Program-made: the position numbers and the translations under genes | Notes under the pieces: generated by a model | Database searches by the model: none | Seen by the model: the letters and a program-made list of their open reading frames with translations, nothing else | What the model was told of the DNA's origin: nothing | Source: Vitrella brassicaformis CCMP3155 | Lineage: Eukaryota; Protista; Chromerida | Assembly (NCBI GenBank): GCA_001179505.1 | Contig: CDMY01000299.1 | Location: 66,319 to 130,318 of the forward strand | DNA length: 64,000 nt | Reading direction: 5' to 3' | In this document: positions 37,795 to 50,137 of the stretch, one piece after another | Numbering within the stretch: the first letter of the stretch is position 1 | How the letters are laid out: each line of letters begins with the position of its first letter

Positions 37795-38731
37795 ATGAAG
37801 GTTCTTCTGTGCCTTGTTGGCGCCGCCCTCCTGCCGACAGCCTTGCCTGTGTGCGCTGACCTCGGCGCGAAGTCATCGCTGCGGGGCAATGGGGCCGCCG
37901 CTGATGCCGCCGTCGCTGATTCGGGGCCGGTAGGGAACACGCAGCCCTCTCGGACGCCATGCGCCTACTTGTCTGTCTGTCTGTCTGTCTTTCTGTCTGT
38001 CTGTCAGACCGTCCCCCCCGAGGAAGACCGCGGCGAGGGCGAGTCTGTGGAGGTTATGGAGCTGCAAGACGATGAAGATGAGGTGGATGAAGATGAGGTG
38101 GATGAAGATGAGGTGGGCACCGGGCGCTAGCACAAACACACACGCACGCATAAATATGTACAGATACAATGTACACACACTGGAGCTCTCTGTGTGCGGG
38201 GTGTGCAGGTTGATGGTGATGAGTCGGCTGTCGATGAGCCTCAGCCACAGACCCCAATCGGTGAGTGAGGCGCACATCCAGTCACTGACATTGACGAGCC
38301 GTCGGCTGTATGTGCGTGTTCATGGATGTGTGTGTGCAGGTGATCTGTCCCTCCGGGCGTTGCAGCGGACGCCAAGGTCGGCGCCAGCCATATTTGCGAT
38401 GGCGCTTGCCGGTGGGAAATGCAACGGAAGACATTATGTCTATTTGAGCCGCCACCCCAAGATGAGCTACGCCCGAAGTCGCGCCCTTGCCGGTTGTAAA
38501 AAACAATGCGCAAGGTGCGAGGTCCGCTGGGCGAAAGGCCGCACCGATCGTCAATGGTGCATCGCAGTCGACTTGTACAATGACCGTCGCGGCATCAAGT
38601 TCGGGGATGGGCCAATCGCATTAAACCCCAAATACCACCGTGCCACTGCTGCCATGAGAAAAACGTGCCACAAGCGAGGGAAACCCCCCAACTGCGACAC
38701 ACACAACCTTGTTGCATGCGCCAACGACTAG
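37795..38731 (+). CDS. Secreted protein: signal peptide + acidic spacer + cationic 8-Cys C-terminal domain; 4 exons
   Basis: MKVLLCLVGAALLPTALPVCA; DEDEVDEDEV repeats; final exon KCNGRH..GCKKQCARC..WCIAVDLY..TCHKR..NC..AC; splice phases reconcile using a GTGAGG donor for exon 3. Confidence 0.75.
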
Positions 38732-39671
38732 TACCTGTCTGTTTGTGCCTGGCGGCGGCTGTCTGGTGTCGATAAGGGAGTGACTGTCTGTGTCTGAACA
38801 CATCTATGAACAGTTTTCATCTATAGCTGTTCTGTGTAGCTTCAAATCTGTACATATTGCTTCCGTGATCCTTTTGCGCTTTTGTCTGTCCGCCTGCCTC
38901 TCTGTCTGCCATTCGTCCGGTTGTCTTGCAATTGGATGACAGGGCACTGTCTTTCGTCTCGTTTGCGTGCACGCAATCTGCCTTGCCTCTCTCTCTCTCG
39001 AGCTCTCTTGATACGTTTGTGTGTACATATATGTGTCTGTGTGTGTGCGTGAATCATTTGCGCACGAGTGGGACGATTATCATTCAGTGCAGAGTAATCA
39101 CTCTCAGAGTAATTCGGGCCGTGCAAGTCCATGTTTGTCCCATGCACACAATGTCATGTACGCGACAGACAGACAGAGAACAAAGACACCACACACACAC
39201 ACGATAGCCATGCACCTGCACATATGCAGCACCCGGACGCCTCTTCACAGTCAATGAAGCCTCCACTTGACTCCATGTACATCTATTCATCACCCCACCT
39301 CACCGCACCAAGATGCACACATTCGGACGGAAAGAATACACACACATCCCACGGCTGTATCTGTCTGCCCCGCGGCTGTATCTGTCTGTACACCTACGAA
39401 GACGCATAAACAAACGGCTGCGGACCCCTTGATTGTGTCACGCTACCGGCCGGAAGGCTCCTACGGCTGTCTACGATTGGAAAGCTGGATGGCTGTCTGT
39501 GTGGACAGCATTTCTTGTCGCCAATACTAGTTCTGATGGCGATGCACTGCAGGCAGAAACAAACACAAAAGACGAGAGGAGAAAAGAGAGCAGTCCCAGC
39601 AATGCATCCATCTGTTTATCTGTCTGTCCACCTGTCCCTGCGCACCTGTGGGTCGGTCTTCCCGTCTCTCC

Positions 39672-42116
39672 TTACTCACTGCGTGGTGCTGCAGTGCAGT
39701 CGGTTGCCAAAGAGATGTGGAACTGGGGACCTGACCTGCCGCCTGATCGAACACCCACCCAAGCAACATACGTGACTCGTGTATTGCGGTCTCTCTGTGG
39801 ACGCACCTTTTTCTGTCTTCAGATTGACGACGCGCAGTGGGTAGAGCGGCGGCAGGAGGATCTCCTCTTCGTGTGTGTAGAAGGATATGCGCGACAGCAG
39901 CCGGGGGGCGTACACGTGCACACGCTGCTGTTGGCGGCACGGCTCCAGCGATATCCGAAAGAACACATTCATGTACGCCAAGCCCCAGGGCATACTGAAC
40001 TTGAACCCGCCGCCATGCCGCCCTGGCCGGACATCGAAGTTCACCGTCGCGATCTTTTCCGCCAAGCCTCCGGTGAAGTTCTTTCCCAACGATTCGCTGA
40101 GTGTGGTAGAGGCGAAGGTCGGCCACGAGACCCGCATGCCCTTCTGGTACGCGAGATCGATGAGCCGTCGCGATGCCGTCGCTATGCGATAGACGTCGTC
40201 GTAGTCGTCCAGGCTGGAGGGCACCAGGCTGTCCAGATGGGTCAGGTCCGATCGGAAGAACACACGGAAGAGCGTCGCGATCCGATGGGCCGCTGCTGCA
40301 TCTGTCCAGCGCTTCTCTGGCGATGCGAGGGCTTTGTTGACATAGGTCAAGCTGCCCAAACTGTACAGGACGAACAGGTCCCTCCCGACTCCCAGCCACC
40401 GCTCCGTCAGCTGCTTCAGCACGCTATTAACCTCTCTATGCGGGGACTGGCCATAAGTGTCACGCCATAGCCGCGCGAAGGCGGTCTGGAAGCTCAATTG
40501 CAGTGGGTGCAACGACGCGTCGGTGTGGAAAATTTCCATAAACGCAGGGGGCACTCCCGTGGACTCGGAGGACTGCTTCTGGATGAGCTTGCGCAGCTGT
40601 TCCTGTGCGTCGAGCAGGCCGGTGAGGTGGTCCTTGAGTGACCGGAAATGTTCCGAGCTCTCGGTGTAGTTGTAGTCGCCGTAGTCCATTTCCTGCACAC
40701 TTCCTGTCGTGTAGTCAATACTTACTTTCCTATGGACAGCAATTTGTGCACACGCATATAGACACAAACACAATTGCTGTCCACAGGTATCTAATGTCCC
40801 ACGTGCCCTCTCACAATGTCTGCATTTCGACGGCGTCCGTGGCATCAATCAACTCAGGGCCGATCGTGAATGCCGTGTTGTTGGCGAACATGTCTGGCAC
40901 AATGTCAGTCCTCGGCGGCCAGCTCAACTGTCCGGCGCTGTAGAAAGACGGCAGGCTCTTGCTTGCACTGAAGGGCAGGAAACACGCAGGAAGAGAGACG
41001 CCGAATGCGAGCCAATCAAATGCGTACGGATGCATGGACGGGACGGGTGTCACCTGAACCGAGGCCGGAAGAGGCTGAACGCGCCGCATCGCAGAGAAGT
41101 CATGGCAGCGGCCAAGTAGCAGTCATCCACAATCAGGCCTTGCTTCAGGGCGAGCTTGCCCAGGAAGCTATCAGAGATGGCGGGGGCATGAGAGATGGGG
41201 GGGGGCGGTGAAGTTGTGCACGTCGCAGTGGTAGTGGAAGGGGCACATCATGGAGCAGCCGGCGGTCTTGTGGGCGGCGGTTGCGACCCACCTCTTGTAC
41301 TTAGGCTCGAACACGTGACACACACTGCATCGAGGCACCCGCAGAAGACCTGAGATGGTGGGCACACACACACACAGACCCCAACAGCCACGAGGTTGTG
41401 TCATTGCCGCCACACACAGCAGCCCGCTCTCCCACCTGCCAGCTGCGATTTGTCAGGATATGTCAATGGTGTGGTCACATTCGAGAAGGGAGAATGGGCG
41501 TCGACAATCCAGCCTGCAGCCAAAACACACACACACACACACACACAAGGCAGGCAGATCTTTCATCGGTGTGTGAGTAGATCTGCCTGCCATCTCTCAC
41601 GAAGGGTCAGGGATCCTCACTCACCATCTTGATGTGTCTGTTGGTGCGTCGGTTGTTGCCGCCAGACGAGAGGAAAGCGAGAATTGAGAAGGAACGGGAC
41701 GGACATGGCCACTATGGCCACGACGATGACAAAGACAGCAGTGCCCGCCCAGCGCCAGTCCTTGTTTGCCGACACTGGGCTGGCCAGCACCAACACCTTG
41801 CTGCGCTCCTGGCACACACAAACACATACTCGCACTCATCACCATGGACTGCCTCTGTCTGTCTGCCTGCGTCCATGCACACCTCTATTCCAGCGTCTTT
41901 GAGGGTGTCTTCGGGCCTCAGCTCTCTTCCGAGGCATAGCAGCCGGATGTGCTGATGGCTGAAGTCAGGGAGCGCACATATGTGCGCAAACAGCTGGTCG
42001 CAGGTGCCATTCGGGTCAACGGGCACGCGAAAGGGCTTGCTCTTGTACGTCGCCGTCACCATGAGATCAGCGTGAGGACCGCTCGAACTCTGATCAGCCG
42101 GCAAGTCCCCTTCCAT
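39672..42116 (-). CDS. Ubiquitin-like domain + single TM + NAD:arginine-type (R-S-E) mono-ADP-ribosyltransferase; about 6-7 exons; start codon uncertain
   Basis: UBL: LMVTATYKSKPFRVPV..QLFAHIC..HIRLLCLGRELRPEDTLKDAGIEERSKVLVLAS; TM: WAGTAVFVIVVAIVAMSVPFLL; ART: LYS..LTYVNKAL, DVYRI (about 40190), FASTTLS (about 40110), ISFYTHEEEILLPP (39862-39870); internal intron phases (0,1,2,2,2) chain in frame. Confidence 0.8.
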
Positions 42117-42489
42117 GTATGGATCTTCCAAAGGCGTCAGTGTCGATGCGTCCTCAGGCTGCAAAGAGAAAGGGGAGAGAACGGAGAGGTGTGATTAGCT
42201 CGCATGCTCTCGCGATCAAAGAGCGACCGAGATGCGATGAATATCTTTGGCGTTTCAATGCTTCCAGCGGACGAGACGAAGGTGCTGATACTGCAGAGAG
42301 AGAAGCGAAAGGCACATCGCGGCATTTGGTGCACCTGTACTGACGAATGCACACACAGTCACCACACGACGTCTGTAGACTGACTGCAGCAGTCATAAAT
42401 GCACGCAGGTCATACTTCCCCATACCACACACACCGCCAAAAGGTCAAACAAATTGACCAGGTAGGAGAGAGAGAGAGGGAGAGGGGGC

Positions 42490-45400
42490 AGGTCGGCGGG
42501 GAGGCCGGTGTAATACATGGATTGTTTGGAAAAAACACCACGAATATAAAATGTAGGCAACGATTTCGAGCCTGTACCCACCAAACACACTCACACGCAC
42601 GCACACAGACACACACAAACAGACAGACGCACTGATCTTGAGTAATAAAACTTCAGAAGAGCAGTAGAGTCAGTCGAGTGTGATGGCGGGAGGGCAGATG
42701 GTGACGTGACGGCCGCCCGGCTACTGGCGGGCCTTTCTCCTCTTGCTGGGGGGGCCGGCCTGCTCGTCGCCCTTGCGCTTCCTATCGCCTCTGGCGGCTG
42801 CACACACGACGACACACACACAGCACTGTCTGTGTGCCTGATGCTGCTTCACCCTCAGCTCTACCACTTCATCGGCTACCACATCATCGGGGCCCGGAAA
42901 CGGCTGCAGGTTCTCGTCACACACACAGACAATTGGTGTGTTGTCTGCTCGCCATACAACACCCAATGCGCACCTTTTGGTCGAAGAACGTCAGAAATGG
43001 GCGGTCAGAGTGCGCTGCGCACCCCACGAAGGTTATAGCGACCACAGCTGCGATTATAGGCACACCACCTTCTTGGCATCCGGCGATGCTGTGACCACCC
43101 CCTGCCCGTGGGTGAACGTGGACACCAATCGCCATACACAATCGGTGTGGGTGTGTGCAGAGAAGTCGACGTGCTGTCGTGTACCTCCGATGGCTGTGAA
43201 TGCACACTGCGACACACAGAATGCAGGTATGGCGACGTTGGCCCTCCCCGTGCGCAGACCGCAATACAGAACCACTTGCTGTGCGGATGATACACACGAG
43301 ACACGAACAAAGAGGCCAGCAAGGCATTGGCGTGCACTCCTGCTTTCTCTTGATGGTTGCCTGCCTGGATGATGGCAGCTTCTATCACTCGCTCGGTGTG
43401 CTGCAGGCAGACAGACACACACATTGCTGCACGGTAAAGTGCTAAGGATGGCTTGTCGGCTCAGTATATAGTGTGTCGGCTGCCCCTCTCCTCACCTCGT
43501 TGCTGTTGTACGCAGTGGCCTGTTTGATCTCCAAAGGGCACTGACAAAACGCATGAAGAAAGGGCTGCACACACATCCACGCGAGGTAAAGCGCCGAGGA
43601 ATGTTTGCTGGTCGTCCTCTTCCCAACCTTATTTCTGTATGCGATGGCCTGCTTCACCTCCAATGGAAGCTGGCAGGTCGTAGAACATTGCTGACAACAA
43701 CAACGCAATGCCATACTTGTCTCGTCCATGTGTCAGGCGGTCGTCTGACCGTCTCTGGCAGGAAGCTAACCTTGATCGTCGTGTGATCCGCCCTAGCATA
43801 GCGATGAAAAGCGGAAGAACACACAGCTCTTCCGAGCCACAGAAGCAGGAACTCGGTGTAGGGGCATGTGGGGCTTTCCAAAGGAACTCCGATGTGATCA
43901 TGAGCAGAGAAGTATACGCACGCTGAGAGGACCGGTTGACCTAATAATACCCAAGACCCACTCCTTGATGCCCTTGACGCATTCTGTTGTCGACAGACAG
44001 CATGCGCACGCTTCAGCCCCAGTTGCCGGCGCAGCCGGCCTTGTGTGTGGCTGGCAAGGAGGGACTCGATGATGAGAGGGGGGAGCCTCAGGCACGACGG
44101 TGCGTCTGGCGATGAGTCGCAGAGTCGGCGATGATCCGGATGGACCTGCGTGCACTCCTCCGAGGGTCACCAGCTTGCGTATGGCTGTGTTGGTGTGGCA
44201 GCCTGGGGGAAGGATGTCTGTGACTGATCACCCGCTGTTGACGTCCAAAATGCAGGCCCCGATCGCGCCAAGGCACAGCAGATAGCCCGTAAGGTACGTC
44301 ATCGTCTTCTTGCTCCGAGAAGTCAGGCTGACATACAGGACAGCAGCCAGCCGAAGTCGAGAGAGGTGAAAGTCAAAGTGGGGCGGTCGCCTCTGCCAGG
44401 ACACTCAGTGTCGATTGCTTGCTTCACGTCCAGTGGCAACTGAAAAGCCACAAGCCCACTAAGGAAACCGTAGAGCATTGCTGACAACAACAATGCAATG
44501 GCAGACTTGTGTTATCCATGTATCAGGGACACTTCACTCACTCAACGTGGGGCGGTCGCCTCTGCCAGGACAAAGGGACCATAGGACAAAGGGACCATTA
44601 AAGATGCGCATGGAACCGCACTCAGTGTGTGAGAATCTGACCTTTCTCGTCGTGTGACGTATTCAAGGGCAGCGATGCAGCAACCGAGGATCAGAGCCGT
44701 TCCGAGCCACAGGAGAGGAAAGTCTGCGTACGTGCCTGTTGGGCTGTCGAGAGGAACTCCGATCTGATGACGAGCAGAGAAGCCGAGGTGAGCAACCAAC
44801 TAAATTTTCGTCTTCTGCTGACCTTGGTTGCAGCGTGGCGGCCGCCGGAGAACGCCTCCAGCAGCATGTACCCGAATTTGCCGGACGCAATCAGCGTCGT
44901 CGATCTCCACCTTCGCTCGTCAGACCGCTCACCATGCATATACTGAAAGGCACAAGAAAAGACAAACACAATGACGGGCACGGGCAAGGGCAAGATCTGT
45001 TCACCTTTCGATGACTGCAGAGATAATGAGTGACGTGCCATTCACCAGCGCCATTGCCGATGCAGGTGGAGTGCAGGTCGCCTCCCAGTTCACAGACAAT
45101 GTCTTCTTCTCCCACTGCATCCATCCTCACACATCAATCCATCTCATTGTTCATACATGCATACATTTATACCTGCTACTGAACCGCAGTGCCCTGTCAA
45201 ATGGGATCGATCGAGAGGGGCAAAGACGCACCACCGAATATAAAATGTCGACAGCGATTTCGAGCCTTGACACACATATACGCACAGACACATCGCTAGA
45301 AACGTCAGTTTGATTTCGCATCAAGGTGACCTTTGGCTGGCTGCAAGCAAGAAATGGTGGTGGTGGTGGTATTTGAGCTGGTACGCCCCACTTCCGTCGG

Positions 45401-46600
45401 CCTGCTTCCGCCGCCGTCCACTCGAAGGCATTTAGAATCAGACTTCTGGCGCCGGGCCGCTCGAGGACTGCAGGTGCCAGAAGGCCTCCTGCAATCTCCG
45501 CAGGATGGTCAGCCGCTTGTACCCGACACCCAAACCACCAGCAACAGCACCAACAGCACCAAGCAACATCACCTTAGCTCGCCTGACGTTCTCTTTTAAT
45601 TTGTCGAGGGCGCCCCATCGGCATCTCTTCTCCATCTTAGAGCGCAGGGCACAGGACAGGCTGAGGTGACTCAACTCACTGTGAGCACACAACACACGAC
45701 GTCAATCACAGTGGTGTGGTGTGGCCTGATGTGATTGCGTCATGCACCAACCTGTCCTGGAAGGTGGTGCAGGTGGCAGCGAATGCAGCGCGGCGAGGGC
45801 CCGAGTAGCCATTGATGTGGCGCAGCAGCGGCTCGATGCACAGCACTGTGACCAGGCCGTGCTGTACGGACAGAGAGACACCCACATGTGTGTGTGAGGG
45901 GATGGGCGGGTCGGTGGTGGGTGGGTGGGTGGGTTGGTGCGTTGCGCTGCGTACGTCATCGTTTTGTTCTTTGGCCCTTTCCCGCCAGGCACTGATGCGC
46001 TCCTGCTCTTCCTGCAGGCTCCTCTCTAAGGGCACGGGGACGCTCACCTCCTGCACACACAGAGTGCATCCATCGTTACTTTGCCTAAGTGACTCGGCTC
46101 TTAACTGACCCCGAGCAGTGCAGCCATGTTGGCGGCCTGGATGTACTGCAACACGTACGCGCTGCTCTTGCTGCACGCACACAGACGGACGGACAAGTAT
46201 CAATGAAAAACCATGATGCGACCCACACCACCCACCCGTGCTCAGCTCACCGTTTGTATGTGGGCGGTGCAGCGGCTTCAGCCCTCTGACTGTGCCCTCC
46301 ATGGAGTTGGACGGCAGTCCAACAACAACACCGAGGTTCTGCGGTTTGCGGTGCGCTCTGGCGGAGAAAGGACGGTGCGGGTTCAACTTGAAGAAGTCCC
46401 GGCAGCTGCGGGCTGATCGTCAGCCCTCCCGCCGTTGCAAACAGCGGCGGTGGCGCAGGGGTGGCAGAGGCGTAGCCTACCCCAGGCCTTTTCTCGAGGG
46501 TCACCATTGCCACGTCCGTCGGGGGACGGGCGACAGATGACGGCACAGATGAGGGGGACGGGGGGACTTCAGACGGATCAGAGGGTGGCGCACACACAAC
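42490..46600 (-). pseudogene. Array of decayed, tandemly duplicated gene relics of an unidentified lineage-specific family
   Basis: Paired sequences 43680-43760 ~ 44470-44570, 43810-43910 ~ 44690-44790, 42530-42575 ~ 45225-45270; recurring peptide QLPLEVKQAI / QCPLEIKQAT / FQLPLDVKQAI; stops and frame breaks. Confidence 0.55.
44378..44572. repeat. Exact 26-bp direct repeat pair
   Basis: GTGGGGCGGTCGCCTCTGCCAGGACA at 44378-44403 and 44547-44572. Confidence 0.85.
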
Positions 46601-46939
46601 AGGCGGTCCTTATGGAGGGAAGAACTGGGCTCACAAGAGAGAGATGGAGGAAGTTGGGAAGTGCAGAGCGTTTTGCGATGGTCCTGTCGGTTTCATTTGC
46701 ACCATCCGTAAGATGCCTCCGTCTCGTTTTTCGCCTTTTTCTCGCCGTCTTTTTTTGCGAGCTCGGACAGAAATAATTGGACAACGGCTGTTCAAGCGGG
46801 CACACTCGCCCACAGCAAGGGGCCGCGGTGCTGAAACACCCTGCGCTGCACTGAGATGGAGAGGAGGGGAGGAGGGGGAATGGAGTGCTGACAAAGACCA
46901 CAGGCGCCGCCCCTCTCCAGGCTCTATATTACTCAATCA

Positions 46940-49900
46940 ATGGCAGCCTCGAGGCTCCCATCACTGCTGGCACTCGCTCTGCTTTCTGCTGCGTCTGCTG
47001 CCGCCCTGGAGCACCGCCATTTGGTCACGAACGAGGAGATTCTCGCTGGTGCTTTTCACGATGCCGAGAAGGACGTGGTGGAGCAGTGCGGCGAAGACGA
47101 GTGCTGCTGTGTGGGCCCGTCACGGGCCTGCTGGGGCGTCTGCGGCCGAGAAATCAACTCAGGTGAGTGAGTGAGGGAGAGAAGCCCGATGAAAGACGAT
47201 GGAGTGCGGAATGTGCTGTCGTCTGTGCGAGCAGGTGAGATAATGACCCGCCAGAGCTTCTTCTACGGCCGTTTCGAGGCCACCTTTCGCGCCGCTGGTG
47301 CGCCGGGCACACTGTCGACGATCTTTCTGCTGTGGCCGCCGTCGAACCTGGAGGAGGGCTCCCAGTGGAAAGAAATCGACATCACCATCATGGGCAAAGG
47401 CGGCGGCGAGGAGCTGCACACCAACGTCGTCACGGGCAGCGCCTGGAGCGGCGACTTCGACAACTCCCTTGAGATCCACAAGCAGGACCCGCCACTGGCA
47501 GACGAGAGCAGCGGCGACGGCGGCTTCCACAACTACACTGTCGAGTGGACGCCCGAGCGTCTGCGGTGGATGGTGGACGACCAGCTGGTGCGGGAGGTGG
47601 AGGGCGACGTGGTGGAGAAGCTGGACCAGCCCATGCACCTGCACTTCTCTCTCTGGGCCGTCAAGAAGGAACTCGCCGAGTGGGCCGGGGAGTTCTCTGC
47701 GGCCAACCTGCCACTGGAAAACGGTGAGCATAGAGAAATGCGCGGCCTGGAGAGATTTCCTTTTCTGTCCACACGCAGAGTACAGGAGTGTGCGGATCTT
47801 CAGCTATGATCCCGAGTCGTCGTCTTTCTCTCACGAGTGGACGGATGACTTCAGCACCTTCAATGACGAGCGATGGGTGCGGCGGACGCACACCTTTCAC
47901 GTCAATCGGGCGCACTTCACTGCCGACGCCGTCACTGTCGACGGCGGCTCTCTTACGATCGGCATGAACGAGATCGATGGACTGGAACATGTGCTCACAG
48001 AAGACGAAATCGACAAGAGTGAGTCAGGACACACAGGCGAGAACCACCACCAGTATCCGACCATCCGTTTGGTCCGTCACGTGTGTCAGTTCTGGACACC
48101 TACGACTGCTTTGAGGAGGACACCGATTTCGATATCAAGCCCCTGGCGGATCACGACCCCCTGGGGGCTTCCGAGGCCTCGCCCCTCTCATGCGCCAAGA
48201 CTTGCCTGTCCACATCTGGATGCGAGTCGTGGTCACAAGGGCCGTGGGGGTGCTTCCTCAAAGGAGATGTCCCCGCCGACGCACAGCGTGTCAAGCGGGA
48301 CAACTACGTGTCGGGGCTCAGGAGGTGTCACGACGACGATGCCGATGACCAGACCGGCGTAACGACCACAGATGTGACAGAAGAATCGGCGGCCAAGTTC
48401 TCCCTCCCCGATTCGTGTTTCGAGAAGGGCCTCGTGTACGAGGGCGGCGACCTCCCGCTGCCCGCCAACATGACCGCCGTCGTGTCCAGCAAGGAGCAGT
48501 GCGCCGAGGCCTGCCACCTCATCAAGGAATGCGTCGCATTCACGTTCGTCCAGACCGACGACGAGAGCGACCAGCCGGAGTGCTCGGTGCACGACGAGAC
48601 GGCGAGTGAGAAGAAGGTCAACCTGGCTGGCACGGGCGTGTCTGGGCGGATGGCGTGCGGGGGCGAGGGCGATGAAGGTGAGGAAGGGGTGTTGGAGATT
48701 GATAGCGGTCCTGAACAGGTGGAGCTGCTGTCCTTGAGGGTGCTCGATTTGGACTTTGGAAAGGTCACCACGGTGAGCCGAGATGCATGGATGGATGGAT
48801 GGATCAAGAAATGTGTCGCTCGTGTGTGTCTTTCTGGTCAGCATGTGAGGAATCGCAAGGCGGCCGAGAGCCGGCTGCGCAAGACGCTGAGTGAGTCCTT
48901 CGGTGTGGGTCAAAAGGAGGTGGAGATATTCAGGCTCGTCGAAGGATCGGTCATCGTGCTCTTCAGGTGACCCGGACACGCACGCGCGGAGAGAGGAGCA
49001 TTCGGCAAAGCTGCATTGATTTGTGTATTCAGGATCGGCAGCAACGCCCCTACAGCCCTGTCCGAGACGTGGTTCAAGCTGATGCAGGACCCCTCGTCCC
49101 CGGTCAACCGCGACTTCATCATCGACCCGTCCTACCCACCCACGTCATTCGTCCTGCTCACACCCACGCCCTCCCCATCCACACCGCCCCCAGAGCTGGA
49201 AGAGCCGTCAGCCGCCGACAACGCATCGTCGACACTCACCAGCTCGAACGATCTGCAGCTGAAGCCGCCTTCAAATGAAGATGAGAGCCCGGAGGCGCCG
49301 TCAACAGAGGAGGGGGGAGGGGAGGGCGGGACGAATGGTGACACAGATGGCGGTGCTGATGGTGAGAAAGAAGGCGGGATGGGTCTGGGGCTCATCACTA
49401 CCGAGGGGGAGATCTCGCCGACGATGCGGTGGGTGCTGATCGGGGGCGGCGTACTGCTCTTCTGGATCGTCCTGGCGTCGTGCATCTGGTTCGTCTACCT
49501 CCGGTGCATGTGGTGGCGGCGGGCACTGGCTACAAGTGTGCGAACGTACTACCAGACCAACCAGAGGATCAAAACCCGCCAGCAGATGGCCGCCACACAC
49601 GCACACACACACCGGAGCGGCCACGGACGCACCCCCAAGAAGACGCGCACCCACCACACCAGCTCTCACTCCACCAACCTGGGCCACGCCTCTGTGTCGT
49701 CCATCTCATCCACCCCGCCATCAGCCACATGGTCCCCCTTCCCACAGACCCTGTCCGACGACGGCAGCATGACCCCTCCCCTGCAACGCCCCCCTCCCTC
49801 CTCGCCAATGCACCCCTCCTCACACGACCCCCGCAACAGCCCGGCAGCGGGCAGGGGGGTCGGGCACAACGACCTCTTCCCTTCGGATGAGGGCGATGAG

Positions 49901-50137
49901 CACGTGGCCGACGTCACCCCGGCCGAGAGGGGGCGTCCGACGGATAATGGTGGAGAGGCTGGGTACGGCCCCACACCGAGAAGCGTCGCGGACCGCACGC
50001 GGCGGGCGAGAGGTGACGATGGTGATGGTGTGGGTGGTGTGGAGGCTGTGGGGTTCCCCGATCCGGCTCCGTCGTCGACGAGGGCGGATCAGGAAGGGCT
50101 TGTGGAGTACCAGCCGGCGAGGATGCCCTCGGTTTGA
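46940..50137 (+). CDS. Type I membrane protein: signal peptide + circularly permuted GH16 (EIDIT) + 2 PAN/Apple + SEA-like + Ser/Thr/Pro stalk + TM + cytoplasmic tail; 6 exons
   Basis: MAASRLPSLLALALLSAASA; YGRFEATF, WKEIDITIMGK, FHNYTVEWTP..WMVD, then WTDDFSTFNDERW..FHVNR; PAN-like CFE..SCAKTCLSTSGCESWS..CFLK..VSG and SCFE..CAEACHLIKECVAF..C..VSG; RLVEGSVIV; TM WVLIGGGVLLFWIVLASCIWFVYL; intron phases consistent. Confidence 0.88.

Noticed and set aside
39433-40470. 345-aa plus-strand ORF
   Set aside because: Antisense to the ART exon; no motifs of its own
41171-41290. Cys/His-rich zinc-finger-like peptide (CSMMCPFHYHCDVH) in the ART gene
   Set aside because: It lies inside the intron (AG|GTGGGT..GATAG) needed to keep the frame
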